Source: a virus
DNA length: 64,000 bases
Virus record (IMG/VR): IMGVR_UViG_3300039183_000005
Span: 104,333 to 168,332 of that record
Strand: one strand, 5' to 3'
The translations under genes and the position numbers were made by a program. The notes under the pieces were generated by a model. It was not told the DNA's origin. It saw only the letters and a program-made list of their open reading frames with translations, and did not search any database. This document shows, piece after piece, positions 20,731 to 31,235 of this stretch (the stretch's first letter is position 1; the number at the start of each line of letters is the position of its first letter).

Positions 20731-21374
20731 CTATTCACCTCATTATTTTTTCTTATGGGCACTGTCAGAGCCCTTTCAGTTGTCCAACCACGTTTCAGTC
20801 TCATAGAAAGTGTACCGCATTTAATGTTGATTTCTTCTGCCCACATTGCTATACACTGAGTTTTACCATTATGTGTAACCAAATGATTGTCCCGTCTATT
20901 TCTACTGTTTATCTTGGGAGTAGTCCATCTGCAATTTTCTTTACAATAATTATTATCGTTATCTATTCGATCAATCTGGCACTTATCAGTTGGTGGAAGA
21001 CCCATGTCTTTCAAAAAATTCTCAAACTTTAACCATCTTTCACAAACAGTAATACCGCGAGCACCATAGTGTTTATATTCCTTATTGTTTGGATTAGTAC
21101 ATCTTTGTATTATGCCTGCCCACCTATAATAGATATTACTGTTGCTCAATCCGTGTGTAGTTCTGTCTATGTTGCGGCTTATCGTTTTTTCTAGACATAA
21201 ACATCCGCAACTTTGAATCCTGTGACTTCTGAGGTGATCGCTACGAACAACTTTTTCTTTTCCGCAATCACATCTACATAACCAACAACAATTTCCATGT
21301 CTTTTTTCTTGAGACTGCTCAACAACGACAAGCCTTCCGAATCTTTTTCCAGTAAGATCAATCAATTTCGACAT
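20727..21374 (-). CDS. HNH-type homing endonuclease
   Basis: DLTGKRFGRL..WLCRCDCG..SCGC; YGARGITVCERW; IDRIDN..Y..ENCRW. Confidence 0.85.
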   Translation of the reverse strand: MSKLIDLTGKRFGRLVVVEQSQEKRHGNCCWLCRCDCGKEKVVRSDHLRSHRIQSCGCLCLEKTISRNIDRTTHGLSNSNIYYRWAGIIQRCTNPNNKEYKHYGARGITVCERWLKFENFLKDMGLPPTDKCQIDRIDNDNNYCKENCRWTTPKINSRNRRDNHLVTHNGKTQCIAMWAEEINIKCGTLSMRLKRGWTTERALTVPIRKNNEVNR

Positions 21375-22329
21375 CTACAGATCAATCCCAACTTCATCTA
21401 ACACTTTTTCTAGCATACCGGACATTTTTAATCCAGTTATAATTTCCGATCCGAAGCCTAAAAGGCATTTTCTTGCTAAATTTTCTGCATCATTTTTTGC
21501 TTTTTCTAATGATTTTCTTATTTTAATTCCATTAATTGATTTGCCTTTACACCAAATTCTATGCGACCATCCAATAAGTCGCCGTCGATCATAATAACCG
21601 TATGGATATACTATTTTTGGTGTGCAAAATGCTTCTACAAAACCTATTTTGGATTGATAGCATGGAAAACCAGCATTATTACCGTAATTTTTCCACACTA
21701 TATTTTTCATATTTCAACCTCCCACAAAAGTGACAAAGCATCCGACCTAGCCACAACTGACTCTTCCACCACAGGTTCACAAACAGCCGTATTTGGCTGT
21801 TTCGCTGCCTCTATTAAACTTTCTAGGCAGAATAGATGGATAGCCCCCATCAAACCATCTGAGGCCCCAGACGAGCTACAATCGATTTCTCCGTTCCCAC
21901 AACACTCCATTTGACTACCCCAAAATATCTGTTCTCCAGACTTTATTTTTTGATGACAGACTATACAATACATGATGTTCCAGCTCCGCGCGCACTGCCG
22001 TTTTTTTTGTATTTCTATTATTAAACTCTTATCTATTGGAATTTTCAATTCGAAACATCATATCAAGTTACTTCGAATCTAATTATCAAGTTCTTGTTAA
22101 CTAGAAAGTAAATCATAATATATGTCATGCAAGACAAGGAAATGTATAGGGTGTTACAATATTCCAGTACATCTTCACAGAGATTAACCAATCTTTCAAT
22201 TAAGCATTTTATTGCGTGGACAATTATGTCCTTGAAAAGTTATTAAACTTCATAAGTATAGAGAGTTCATTTTTGGCAAAAGCGCTTGAAGAATTTTGAA
22301 AAATTTTTAAAAAAGTTAATTGTTACAAT

Positions 22330-22836
22330 CTAGTCTTTATTTTGTCGAGTTACAACGTTTTTCAAAAGAGTGCGCAATACATTTTTATTAGCATTCCCGT
22401 CATCTAAATTCATGTTATCTATGATAAGCTTGCCGTTTAAATGATCGATTTCATGCTGCCAAATTCTAGTTGTAATTGCGTCTCCTATAAATTTTAGTGG
22501 CCTACCATTAATGCCGGTTCCGTCAAGTATTGACGATGTTGCTCTTTGTATTGTCACATTAACTCCTGGTATTGATAGACACCCTTCTCTGGACTCAATT
22601 TTGCCACTAATACAACTAAGTACTGGATTCCATATTGCTTGATCTTGTTCGTTTTGCTTCCAAACGAACATGCGGATATTCAATCCGACTTGTGTCGCAG
22701 CAAGTCCTGCCCCATGGTTTTTTCTCATGATTTTCCACATTTTTGATACAAGTCTAGCTCTATCTTTTGGGGATTCCGTTGGTGCTTCAATACATTTGAC
22801 CAACAATTTTGGGTTTGGATAATATATTAATCGCAT
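22330..22836 (-). CDS. def: Peptide deformylase
   Basis: GAGLAATQVG; EGCLS; QHEIDHLNG. Confidence 0.95.
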   Translation of the reverse strand: MRLIYYPNPKLLVKCIEAPTESPKDRARLVSKMWKIMRKNHGAGLAATQVGLNIRMFVWKQNEQDQAIWNPVLSCISGKIESREGCLSIPGVNVTIQRATSSILDGTGINGRPLKFIGDAITTRIWQHEIDHLNGKLIIDNMNLDDGNANKNVLRTLLKNVVTRQNKD

Positions 22837-23250
22837 TGCGATTCCTCCAACAAGTGATGATCGAATACTGTGGTTGGGTCTGCCGACGAAGAAAAGTCAT
22901 ACCAATTAATTGCGTCTCGATATCGTGATAACCAATTGTTGAATTCTTCATCACTCACTTTTGTGTCTGGCAATTCTAATTTTTTGATTGGACCGAAATT
23001 TTGCAGTCTAAATGAATCTGGAATTTCTCCACGGCAAACTTCGACAGTGATTCCGTTTACATTATATCTTAGTATTGTCATTTCTTTTCTTCTTTGCAAG
23101 TAAAGTTCCTGCAATTCTTTTGGCAGCACTACCAATTAACGCTGGATAAATTGGTCCATGAACGCGAATTGTTTCTTTTAATGCTCCGACTATAATTTTA
23201 TGTATTTTTTGTTTTTCTTTTTGTTGTTTCACGCGAATATACTCCAGCGA

Positions 23251-23523
23251 TTAACCCCAGGTTTTATGTTTTTCTGCAACCCATTCTATTCCGTCGTATT
23301 CTTCTATAGTGTATTCTATATCATCTGGGATTTCTATAATTTGTAGGTTGGCATGTGGACCGTTTGCTTCTGCGCCGAGTTGTTTAACACATTCTATTAA
23401 TTTTGGATCATTACGAGATAACTCGTCACCGTGACCATATCCATCCCATTCGAGACCCATGAATTTCATACCTTTTTCACTAACACCAAATCCACCATAA
23501 CATTTATTAATTACAATTTCCAC
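23251..23523 (-). CDS. Conserved phage hypothetical protein
   Basis: IVINKCYGGFG..RNDPKL..VKQLG..IEEYDGIEWVAE; GTG start after a GGAGG RBS. Confidence 0.65.
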   Translation of the reverse strand: MEIVINKCYGGFGVSEKGMKFMGLEWDGYGHGDELSRNDPKLIECVKQLGAEANGPHANLQIIEIPDDIEYTIEEYDGIEWVAEKHKTWG

Positions 23524-23831
23524 TTTATATACCTCCAAGAAAAAAAACACACACAATAAACTGGTATAAGTCTGTAAACGTAAAATCCACAGCGCAAAGT
23601 CTAATGAAACAACCCGAGAGCATTACGAACATTGGTCTTGACTTCTTGTTTACCAATTTCTCTACCATATCTATAAGCAACCAGAACTAATCTTCGTTCT
23701 CTGGAATCTAGCTTGAATGTTTTTTCACATTTGTTACACCATAATGTTCGTAAATCATTTATGGTCGGATCAAAGAAAACACGATGTCCACATGGACCTG
23801 TTACATAGGTTCTATTAGACATAAATTTTTC

Positions 23832-24182
23832 CTAGAATGCGTGTATTTGTTTATCCCATCCCGAGTATAAAACATTTACATTGTATTGTTTGAGTAATTT
23901 TTGACATTCAGCGCATGGCTTTGCCATTGATAGTCCATGTTTAGTTATCCTTATGATAAGTATGGTTATATTCTTGAATCTATTGAATGCCTTTAGCTTG
24001 TGTAATTTATACAAAAGAACTTCTTCTGCATGTTGTGTAAATTTTCCTTCATGTTTATTGAATCGCCTATTATGTGCTGTGGCTATAATTTCGCCAGAAC
24101 CAGAAAAAGCTATTGCCGCTACTTTAGCTCGTTTTACATTACTATATTTAGCCGTCTTGATTGCTATTTCTGATATAGACAT
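23832..24182 (-). CDS. Small zinc-dependent cytidine-deaminase-fold protein
   Basis: HAEE and KPCAEC motifs. Confidence 0.75.
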   Translation of the reverse strand: MSISEIAIKTAKYSNVKRAKVAAIAFSGSGEIIATAHNRRFNKHEGKFTQHAEEVLLYKLHKLKAFNRFKNITILIIRITKHGLSMAKPCAECQKLLKQYNVNVLYSGWDKQIHAF

Positions 24183-24494
24183 TATTTATATATCCTGGTT
24201 GTGGTTATATATTCTGTTTTGAAGCCATTGCGAATCCAATAATAAATCCATTAACTTCTTCTAGATTTTCGAATATTTTTATAGGACATTTTTTTTGTGT
24301 ACAATCTTGATGGTGTTCGCGTAGTTTGTCTGTTATTGCTTTTATTGTACCATATTTTCTTGGCCCAACAGCAAAGTATTTATAGTTATCAATTGGTGAT
24401 TCGATAGTGGTTAATGTTAATTTTAATTTTGTTGCTGTTCGTCGTAGTGATTCGTATTTGTAAACAATATTTGCGTTGGTCATATCAAATTCCC

Positions 24495-24683
24495 TTATAA
24501 TTTGAATGTTTTCCCTATAGATGGATGCCTTTTGACTTCAAATATTATTGTTGCACGTAAGTCTGCCTCTAATTTATCTAATGCTTCTTTTGACACTCTT
24601 GTGATTGGCATTCCTGGCCTCAAACTACGAAATTTTGCAAGAATGAATTTTTTTGTTGCTGATTGGTTTAGTATACTAGTCAT
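24495..24683 (-). CDS. Putative histone-fold protein (62 aa)
   Basis: MTSILNQSATKKFIL..TRVSKEALDKLEADL..I..V.R....GKT resembles prokaryotic histone alpha1-L1-alpha2-L2. The ATG overlaps the upstream stop (TAATG). Confidence 0.5.
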   Translation of the reverse strand: MTSILNQSATKKFILAKFRSLRPGMPITRVSKEALDKLEADLRATIIFEVKRHPSIGKTFKL

Positions 24684-25021
24684 TATTGTTTCCTTAATTG
24701 TTCTTCTATAAATTGTTCTATTTTTGATTGTTGATCTGGCCACTCTGGATAATCTAATAAAAATCTATTACATTTTACGCACCTACATTCAAACGGTGAT
24801 AGCCAGTTATCAAATTGCTGCCAAACTTCATGCCAATTTATAATTACACCACGCTCATACAATAATGCTTCTATTTTCTTTTGTTGTAATTCCCATGGAG
24901 GATCATATAGGAGTTTTTCCTGTCCACATGATTTGCAAGTAGGTGGACTTTTAGTTATATTATAAGACCAATCTTCAAATTCTTCCCAGAGTCTTTTCCA
25001 GTTTATTTTTTGTTTATCCAT
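24683..25021 (-). CDS. Hypothetical protein made of two tandem ~55-aa CxxC domains
   Basis: INWKRLWEEFEDW..CKSC..PPWELQQKKIE versus INWHEVWQQFDNW..CVKC..PEWPDQQSKIE. Confidence 0.65.
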   Translation of the reverse strand: MDKQKINWKRLWEEFEDWSYNITKSPPTCKSCGQEKLLYDPPWELQQKKIEALLYERGVIINWHEVWQQFDNWLSPFECRCVKCNRFLLDYPEWPDQQSKIEQFIEEQLRKQ

Positions 25022-25227
25022 TATCTTCCTCCAAGTTGACGATTTCTTGTTTCAATGGTCCTTCTTTGTCGATATTCCGGTTTATCTCTTTGTAACGTTT
25101 GTTCACCAAGAGCATGTTCTACTTCGGATATAAAATGGGCACATTCTGTCCCCTGAAATCCTTCTCCATCTATAGAACAATTTCCATTAGCGTCTATGTC
25201 TATTACGATTTGTTTTTGCCCTCGCAT
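25021..25227 (-). CDS. DUF2997 family protein
   Basis: I.I.I..NG....EGFQG.EC....E.ALG.....KPEY. Confidence 0.75.
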   Translation of the reverse strand: MRGQKQIVIDIDANGNCSIDGEGFQGTECAHFISEVEHALGEQTLQRDKPEYRQRRTIETRNRQLGGR

Positions 25228-25539
25228 TATTTCTTCTCCGCTTCATACATCAGTTCTTCGAAGTATGCATTACTTTCTGATTCAGTTAGGCGACTTCTTA
25301 GTTTTTTCTTTCGTTTTTCGGCTAGCGCTAAAGCATCGCTTGCATCACACAAACAATCAATTGCCGATTTAAAACGACCTAAGTCTGTTTGTATTTGTTC
25401 TATAGTCATTATACGCCTAGGGCTCTTTCTAGTTATAATTTCTGTTTCTGTGTAAATTGAAATACTGACATCTGATTCTCCCATAATTTCTTCTAGCTCG
25501 CACAATCCATTAGTACGTATATAAGAATCATCTTTTAGT

Positions 25540-25791
25540 CTAATTTTCATAATATTGGTTTCCTGGAGAAAATTTTTCTATTTCCCATTCTATCGCATTC
25601 TCTCTGTTTTTGTTCGTATACAATACTTTCCCGTCAAGTGATGTAACTTGCCATTTTTGCAATTTCTCGCAGAACTCCACGTTGGATGCCTTGCGCACAT
25701 TTTGAACGCGCCCGATGGCAAACAGGTCGATTTTGTCAGTGTATAATCCATGAACATTTCCTTTATCACAAATTTCTAGAACTATTTTCAT
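25540..25791 (-). CDS. Small conserved protein of the kind that accompanies DUF1257/DUF2997/AAA clusters
   Basis: G.V..LY...IDL...G.....ASNVEF....W....R..AI.WE pattern (recalled family context). Confidence 0.55.
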   Translation of the reverse strand: MKIVLEICDKGNVHGLYTDKIDLFAIGRVQNVRKASNVEFCEKLQKWQVTSLDGKVLYTNKNRENAIEWEIEKFSPGNQYYEN

Positions 25792-26382
25792 AAATCATCC
25801 TTTTTTATATCATATTGTTTCATCAATTTTTCAGTACCACGGATGATATCAAATAAAAGTTCAATTGCCAATTTTTCTGCATTAATCATAGCGCACTTTC
25901 GAGTTGGTTTGTAGTCGCCCCTTCTTTCGAATAATGTTGTGCCATTTTGTTGCTGAAATCTAACAGTACCAAAGTAGCGTATTCCACTATAGTCTGGTGG
26001 CCATCCAAAGTTACAAATTAAGCGGATGTTATGCCATTTCGCTTCATGTAGGAATGAACTTTCAGTCTTATGCCATTTTTCAGTTAACTGTATTTTCATT
26101 TTTTGTTTCAACAAAATTAGGATATTGATGTAAGATTACTTTTTTGTTCATATTACACCCAATATTTACGCAACGTTCATGTTCCTAGAATTTAATAATG
26201 CTTGCAAATATAATTCTGTAGGATTTTTCCCAAATTGTGATTCTAGTTCGTCTGCTATTTCCGTCAATGAAAAACAAATTGTTTTATCGTTGCAACACTT
26301 ACACTTATTACCAAGTGTTTGTGCTTCTCTGCAAATGTGTGGACGACCTTCATTTCGCTTACATTTCGTACATTTATACATA

Positions 26383-27414
26383 TTATTTTCTCCTTGGTAA
26401 TGTTTCGTCCATAGATAATGGACTAACAATTATACATGATACTTTTTCTCTTAACTGAGCAATATTTTCAGAACCCCCCATTGCTAACCCAGACTTTATT
26501 CCATTAGCACATTCAGATATCATATATTCTGTTGATCCTTTATCGTCAACTTCCATGGAGATTCCTTCTGGTGCTATATCTGGTCGTTCTGATGCCATTC
26601 TAGAACTCATTCCTCGATAGATTCTGTTACCATTTATTTTTGGTGTATCACTTGTACCTGCCAACATGTAACCAATCATGCAGGCATCAGCACCACCCCA
26701 CAAACTTTTGACCATATCTCCAGAACTTCTAATTCCGCCATCTGCTATAATTGCTACATCTGGATATTCTTCTTTAACGCAAGAGGCACAGTCAAGTATG
26801 GCTGACATTTGGGGGCAGCCGAAGCCAGTTATTATCCTTGTGGTGCAGGCAGCTCCAGGGCCGATGCCGACCTTGATAGCATCAACGCCGCAAGACGCAA
26901 AAGTGAAGGCAGCTTTTGGTGTACACACATTCCCAGCCATTAAAACAAACTTATATTGATCCTTAAGGCTTACAACTCTACTTATTGCATCATACATCTT
27001 CGCATGATCACCATGCGCAACATCAATGCAAATTACATTACACCCATTATCTAATAAAGTTTTTGCCTTTTTAAGTGTATTTCCGCGAATACCGATGGCA
27101 CATCCTATATTTTTTGCTCCCATAGCAATGGCCAGCTTGATTTCATCGACCTGTTTTACCAACTCTTTGTCGTCCGGCATATTGATATAACGAGTTAAAA
27201 TACCTAGACCGCTACATCTGTCCATGGTTGCTAACATTTCGTGTCCAGTTATTGTATCCATTGGAGCAGAAATTATAGGTACTTTAAGTTTTAAAAACCC
27301 AATTTGAGTAGATATGTCTGGGATTGTTCTTGATGATAGTGTTGAATATTGTGGTACAAGTAGAATATCGTTAAAGCATATTTTTTGATTTTGTTTGTAT
27401 TCGTATGTCCACAT
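26383..27414 (-). CDS. IMP dehydrogenase/GMP reductase family protein, no CBS domain
   Basis: FNDILLVPQ; PIISAPMDT; IDVAHG; KVGIGPGAACTTR; IIADGGI; YRGMSS. Confidence 0.88.
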   Translation of the reverse strand: MWTYEYKQNQKICFNDILLVPQYSTLSSRTIPDISTQIGFLKLKVPIISAPMDTITGHEMLATMDRCSGLGILTRYINMPDDKELVKQVDEIKLAIAMGAKNIGCAIGIRGNTLKKAKTLLDNGCNVICIDVAHGDHAKMYDAISRVVSLKDQYKFVLMAGNVCTPKAAFTFASCGVDAIKVGIGPGAACTTRIITGFGCPQMSAILDCASCVKEEYPDVAIIADGGIRSSGDMVKSLWGGADACMIGYMLAGTSDTPKINGNRIYRGMSSRMASERPDIAPEGISMEVDDKGSTEYMISECANGIKSGLAMGGSENIAQLREKVSCIIVSPLSMDETLPRRK

Positions 27415-27847
27415 AATATTTTCCTATTTACTAAGCATTTCTATACATTCTGTACAAGTTGGTTGACGGAACTCAAGGCCCAACGGTAACGTTATCCAAT
27501 GGTTACATTTAGTTTTTACATGATCTCTATATCTAATTGATTTGCCAGCACACGCACACCAACCATCGTTGTGTTGTACACAGGCGATACATTCTGATAT
27601 TTTTTGTTTATTAAGAAAGATGTTATGTAAAGATTTGGCAGATTCTAACGCTGCTGACAAATCGTTAAATATTTTTTTATCCAATGAATTAATGACATCT
27701 TCTCTTCCACAGATTTCCCAACCAAAGTCAGTCTTACGGATAAAAGTACCAAGTCCGTCATGTATATGAATAGACCTATTTTGTTCTAGTAATTCAATAA
27801 GCCAATTTGGATCATGTTGTATTACTGATTTTTTATTTAATTTTGAT

Positions 27848-28372
27848 TTATTCATTGTGCTGAATTTCCTTTGTCAATAGTACTCTGACTTTATTTAATT
27901 CATCTTCAGTGTGAATAGTGCCGCCGGAATTGATATCCAAATACCATTGAAGTACTTCTCTACGAGTTTTTAGATTGTTTACATGAAAACACAAATGGAC
28001 ATCAAACGGTTTGTCTACAAAATCAGAAATATATAGTCCACGAAAAACTGGAACTTTACCAGCCATAAAATCCAAACAAGCAGTGAGACGTTGTTTTCCA
28101 ACTACAAGTTCAAATGGTCCGTCGTATGAACCTTGCCATCCTGGGCAATTAAAGTAAAAATCTTTAGATGAATTTCCACCACTTAGAATAAATTCAATAT
28201 AACGAGATTGTTGCTTTGGAGTCCATACATGGATTCTTTGAAAATCTGGCTCTAAATTCAGTGGACATAAGTGTTCTTCTTGATACTTTTTTATGGTTGA
28301 TGGTAACGTATGAAGAAAGTGATGAACCGAATATACCGGTTGACTTATTTGTGGAATATCAGCAAATTTCAT
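27848..28372 (-). CDS. DUF262 (ParB/Srx-like) domain protein
   Basis: PDFQR.HVW...Q...I..IL; VGKQRLT (DGxQR variant); IN.GG. Confidence 0.75.
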   Translation of the reverse strand: MKFADIPQISQPVYSVHHFLHTLPSTIKKYQEEHLCPLNLEPDFQRIHVWTPKQQSRYIEFILSGGNSSKDFYFNCPGWQGSYDGPFELVVGKQRLTACLDFMAGKVPVFRGLYISDFVDKPFDVHLCFHVNNLKTRREVLQWYLDINSGGTIHTEDELNKVRVLLTKEIQHNE

Positions 28373-28381
28373 TGATATCTC

Positions 28382-28759
28382 CTATAATTCTATTCGTCTT
28401 ACCAACGAATGCCTTCTTTTTTCTGTTGGTTTTGTTACTGGCTTTGGCTTCTTGATCCTGACCTGACTGATTTGTCCGTCACCATTGGATGCAGTCACAG
28501 CACCACACATAATAAAAAACTGAGATGGACTAATTAAATCGATACCCATAGAGCGTGCTTTTTCGGCTTTGATAGATTTACTGTTTGCATCAGCAATTAC
28601 TAGAATGGTAGTTCTGCTTGTGACAGAATTGGTTACATCTGCGCCAGCGTTTAGTGCGATTGCTTGCATTTCCGAACGCGGTTTTGGAGATTTACCGGTG
28701 AAACAGAAAACCGCTTCTTTCAAGCAACCTGTGTCTTCGTTGATAAATTTTAAAGCCAT
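28382..28759 (-). CDS. Stand-alone BRCT domain protein
   Basis: FCFTG...R......AGA.V..SV...T.ILV....S.K..KA...GI.LI. Confidence 0.85.
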   Translation of the reverse strand: MALKFINEDTGCLKEAVFCFTGKSPKPRSEMQAIALNAGADVTNSVTSRTTILVIADANSKSIKAEKARSMGIDLISPSQFFIMCGAVTASNGDGQISQVRIKKPKPVTKPTEKRRHSLVRRIEL

Positions 28760-29172
28760 TACCTATATCCGGTTACAATCACTCTTTGGTGACCATTTGG
28801 GCAACGTTCCCTGGTAACACTCCGACCACGAGATTCTTGCTCTCTTCGAATTCTATGGTAGGCATAGTTTCCAGTTAGACTACCTATCCATTTTTTCCCA
28901 TATCGCCCTGAATCGTATTCAGAAATTATTGCTTCGTATTTACCATCTTCTCGTTTTACAAAACCAATATCATTAGATGCGGAACCAACGTGTTTGCGCC
29001 TAATTATAATATGGGCCTTTTGTTCTCGTTGATCACCATGGTATCCGAATAGATGTTGAGGAACTTCGTGGATTTCTATTTGACCAGTAGTCCATTTCCC
29101 CGTTTCAACGAGTGCGTCAATAAGTGAGTCTTGATCTTTGAATTCGGTTTGTACTTCACAATATCTGCTCAT
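28759..29172 (-). CDS. DUF1257 family protein
   Basis: T.FKD...L..AL...G; GY.G; ASNDIGF....DG.Y..I; W...L...YA. Confidence 0.8.
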   Translation of the reverse strand: MSRYCEVQTEFKDQDSLIDALVETGKWTTGQIEIHEVPQHLFGYHGDQREQKAHIIIRRKHVGSASNDIGFVKREDGKYEAIISEYDSGRYGKKWIGSLTGNYAYHRIRREQESRGRSVTRERCPNGHQRVIVTGYR

Positions 29173-29364
29173 ACTTTTAATCCTTATCAAAATCTATTAG
29201 AAAGTCAAAAAATTCACCATTTTCAGAGATCATTTCTGCTCTACCACAGGGATGTAAACGATTGAATAACTGGTCTGACAATGTTGCTATGACAAAGATT
29301 GCTTCTTTTTCTGTGAAAAAAAATCTAGTGGTTTCCGATATTCCTTTTCTATTCTCTACTTTCA

Positions 29365-30192
29365 TTACAGTTTCCCCAGAGATTTTAGTAATCGTGCCCT
29401 CGCGAATGCATTCAGAGGTGGAGTTACCATCTCACTTTGGTGGACACAATTTATTTCACCACATTTGTTGCAGCAATACGGTTGGTCACCATCAAGGCTA
29501 CGACACCATGCTTCTGGATCATCACCGCAAGGAATAAACTCCTCATCATTACAGCAACAGAGTTCAGATAATTCTTCACATTTTGGACACATTTCTTCTA
29601 GACATTCATCGCAGAATTTTGATTCGGAAGCCCTGTCGTTTGTGCCACACATATCGCACCCAGCATTATTATTGTTTTCGTTTTCATAATCGTTTTCTAT
29701 AATTTTAACTGGCTTAAGTGCTACGGCGAATCTTGGAATATCTTTAGTTGGATCGAATGATTTATGTAAGCGAGCTAGTTCGCGAGCAACACCACCTAAA
29801 AGGCCAGTATCGAAATTAGTGAATAGTTTACCGCCAAGTTCAATTTCATTTCCGTATCCAGTATATTAGCCTGTCGTATAAGCCACGCCATCATGATAAC
29901 AACCACCCAAAATTACTTGTTTATCAACATTATGTGGTTCTGAAATGGGTATCACCGAGTCGATAGTCAAATCTTTTATAGCTCCACTCCAATTACAGTC
30001 TTTGGGTCTTACGCGAGTCAAACGACTCGCTGGAAGTTCACTGTGATTTATGTCGATGGTATTACCGGTTTTTTCCCAATACATCAATTTGTAATGTCTT
30101 CTGGTTTGTTCGTAATCTATTCCTGTTATTAGACAGACAACTTCATTATCATCGAATTTAGCTATAGCCAAGTCACCAATTCTAACTTTCAT
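29365..30192 (-). pseudogene. One ~275-codon ORF (SH3-like N-terminus, Cys-rich C-terminus) interrupted by a TAA at 29866-29868
   Basis: The frame stays open for 71 codons after the TAA and joins 29365-29652, completing GCDMCG. Confidence 0.6.
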
Positions 30193-30207
30193 ACTCTGTC
30201 TCCAGTT

Positions 30208-31218
30208 TTACAAAATAACTCGCCTTTTAAGTTCACCAATGAATCCACGACAATCCTGTCCTTCAGCAGCAGCTTTATTGCGAATTGCTTCAAGAGATTT
30301 ACTGATACTATCTTTTACGGTAGCGGATTCAAAGTCTTTTGGTGTGACACCAGAATCCAAAAATGTATTTCGGAAGTCTACCAGCATTTTTTCAATTTCG
30401 CCGTCGCCGAAGATGTTCATAGACCTAAAGCGGTCTACATATTTCCGGAAGCACGAGATTGATTTCGGAGTTAGTTTCTTTGCATCGCTTTCATCTCCAT
30501 ATGGTTTACCGCTTATGCGTGCCGTCATAAGTTTACAAAATCGAATAGTTTCGTTACGCATAGAAGTCACGTACTCGCTTACGAAGTTGCCCACTTCGGT
30601 TTGCATTTGACGACGCAGCTCATTCTCTTTCTCGTCTTGCACTTTTTGTCGAGCAATTACTTCTTCAACACTGGTTTCTTCTATCGATCCTATACCAGCA
30701 ATTTTAAACGTAAACCAATCGAATTGAAATTTTGCCCGCAGGGCTTGTGGATTTGCCGGATAATGACCCCTTAGACACTTGTTCCAAAAATCTGGATGTG
30801 TTTCTCTTACTGTACGAACAAGATCATCGAAACGAGAAATGAAACTATCTACTCGTTCAAAAAATTCTTCTTTTAAATCTTTAATTTGTTGTTCCACTGT
30901 TGGGAGCATTTTTGCTGGAACAAAATGGGAGCTACTGATACCGAATGGCACAGACCACCTTTCCAGTGCTTTTCGAGCACGCTGTTCGATTTGGGTTAAA
31001 TGTTGTAATTCAGATTTTGGCACCATTAATTTGCGACCAAGATTGCATATTTCTTCTGGAAGTTTGTCTGGGTCGTATCCTATCTTTACTAAATCTGCGC
31101 GAGTAATCATTTTTCGCGCGCTCCACATACGAACTCTAAGGTTCACCAGTAATCCAACATCAAATAAGTTTATGGCATCTTGCTTTGTGTCTTTGTTTTC
31201 GGTTACAATTGTACTCAT
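30208..31218 (-). CDS. DUF3150-like helical protein
   Basis: LV.L.V..WSARK; LGRKL; PF....FVP; YP....LR.KF.F.W. Confidence 0.65.
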   Translation of the reverse strand: MSTIVTENKDTKQDAINLFDVGLLVNLRVRMWSARKMITRADLVKIGYDPDKLPEEICNLGRKLMVPKSELQHLTQIEQRARKALERWSVPFGISSSHFVPAKMLPTVEQQIKDLKEEFFERVDSFISRFDDLVRTVRETHPDFWNKCLRGHYPANPQALRAKFQFDWFTFKIAGIGSIEETSVEEVIARQKVQDEKENELRRQMQTEVGNFVSEYVTSMRNETIRFCKLMTARISGKPYGDESDAKKLTPKSISCFRKYVDRFRSMNIFGDGEIEKMLVDFRNTFLDSGVTPKDFESATVKDSISKSLEAIRNKAAAEGQDCRGFIGELKRRVIL

Positions 31219-31235
31219 GTTCTCATCTTCCTTTC

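Noticed and set aside
22122-22134. 13-mer ATGTCATGCAAGA shared with 58926-58938
   Set aside because: Some 13-mer matches are expected by chance in 64 kb, and I saw no third copy.
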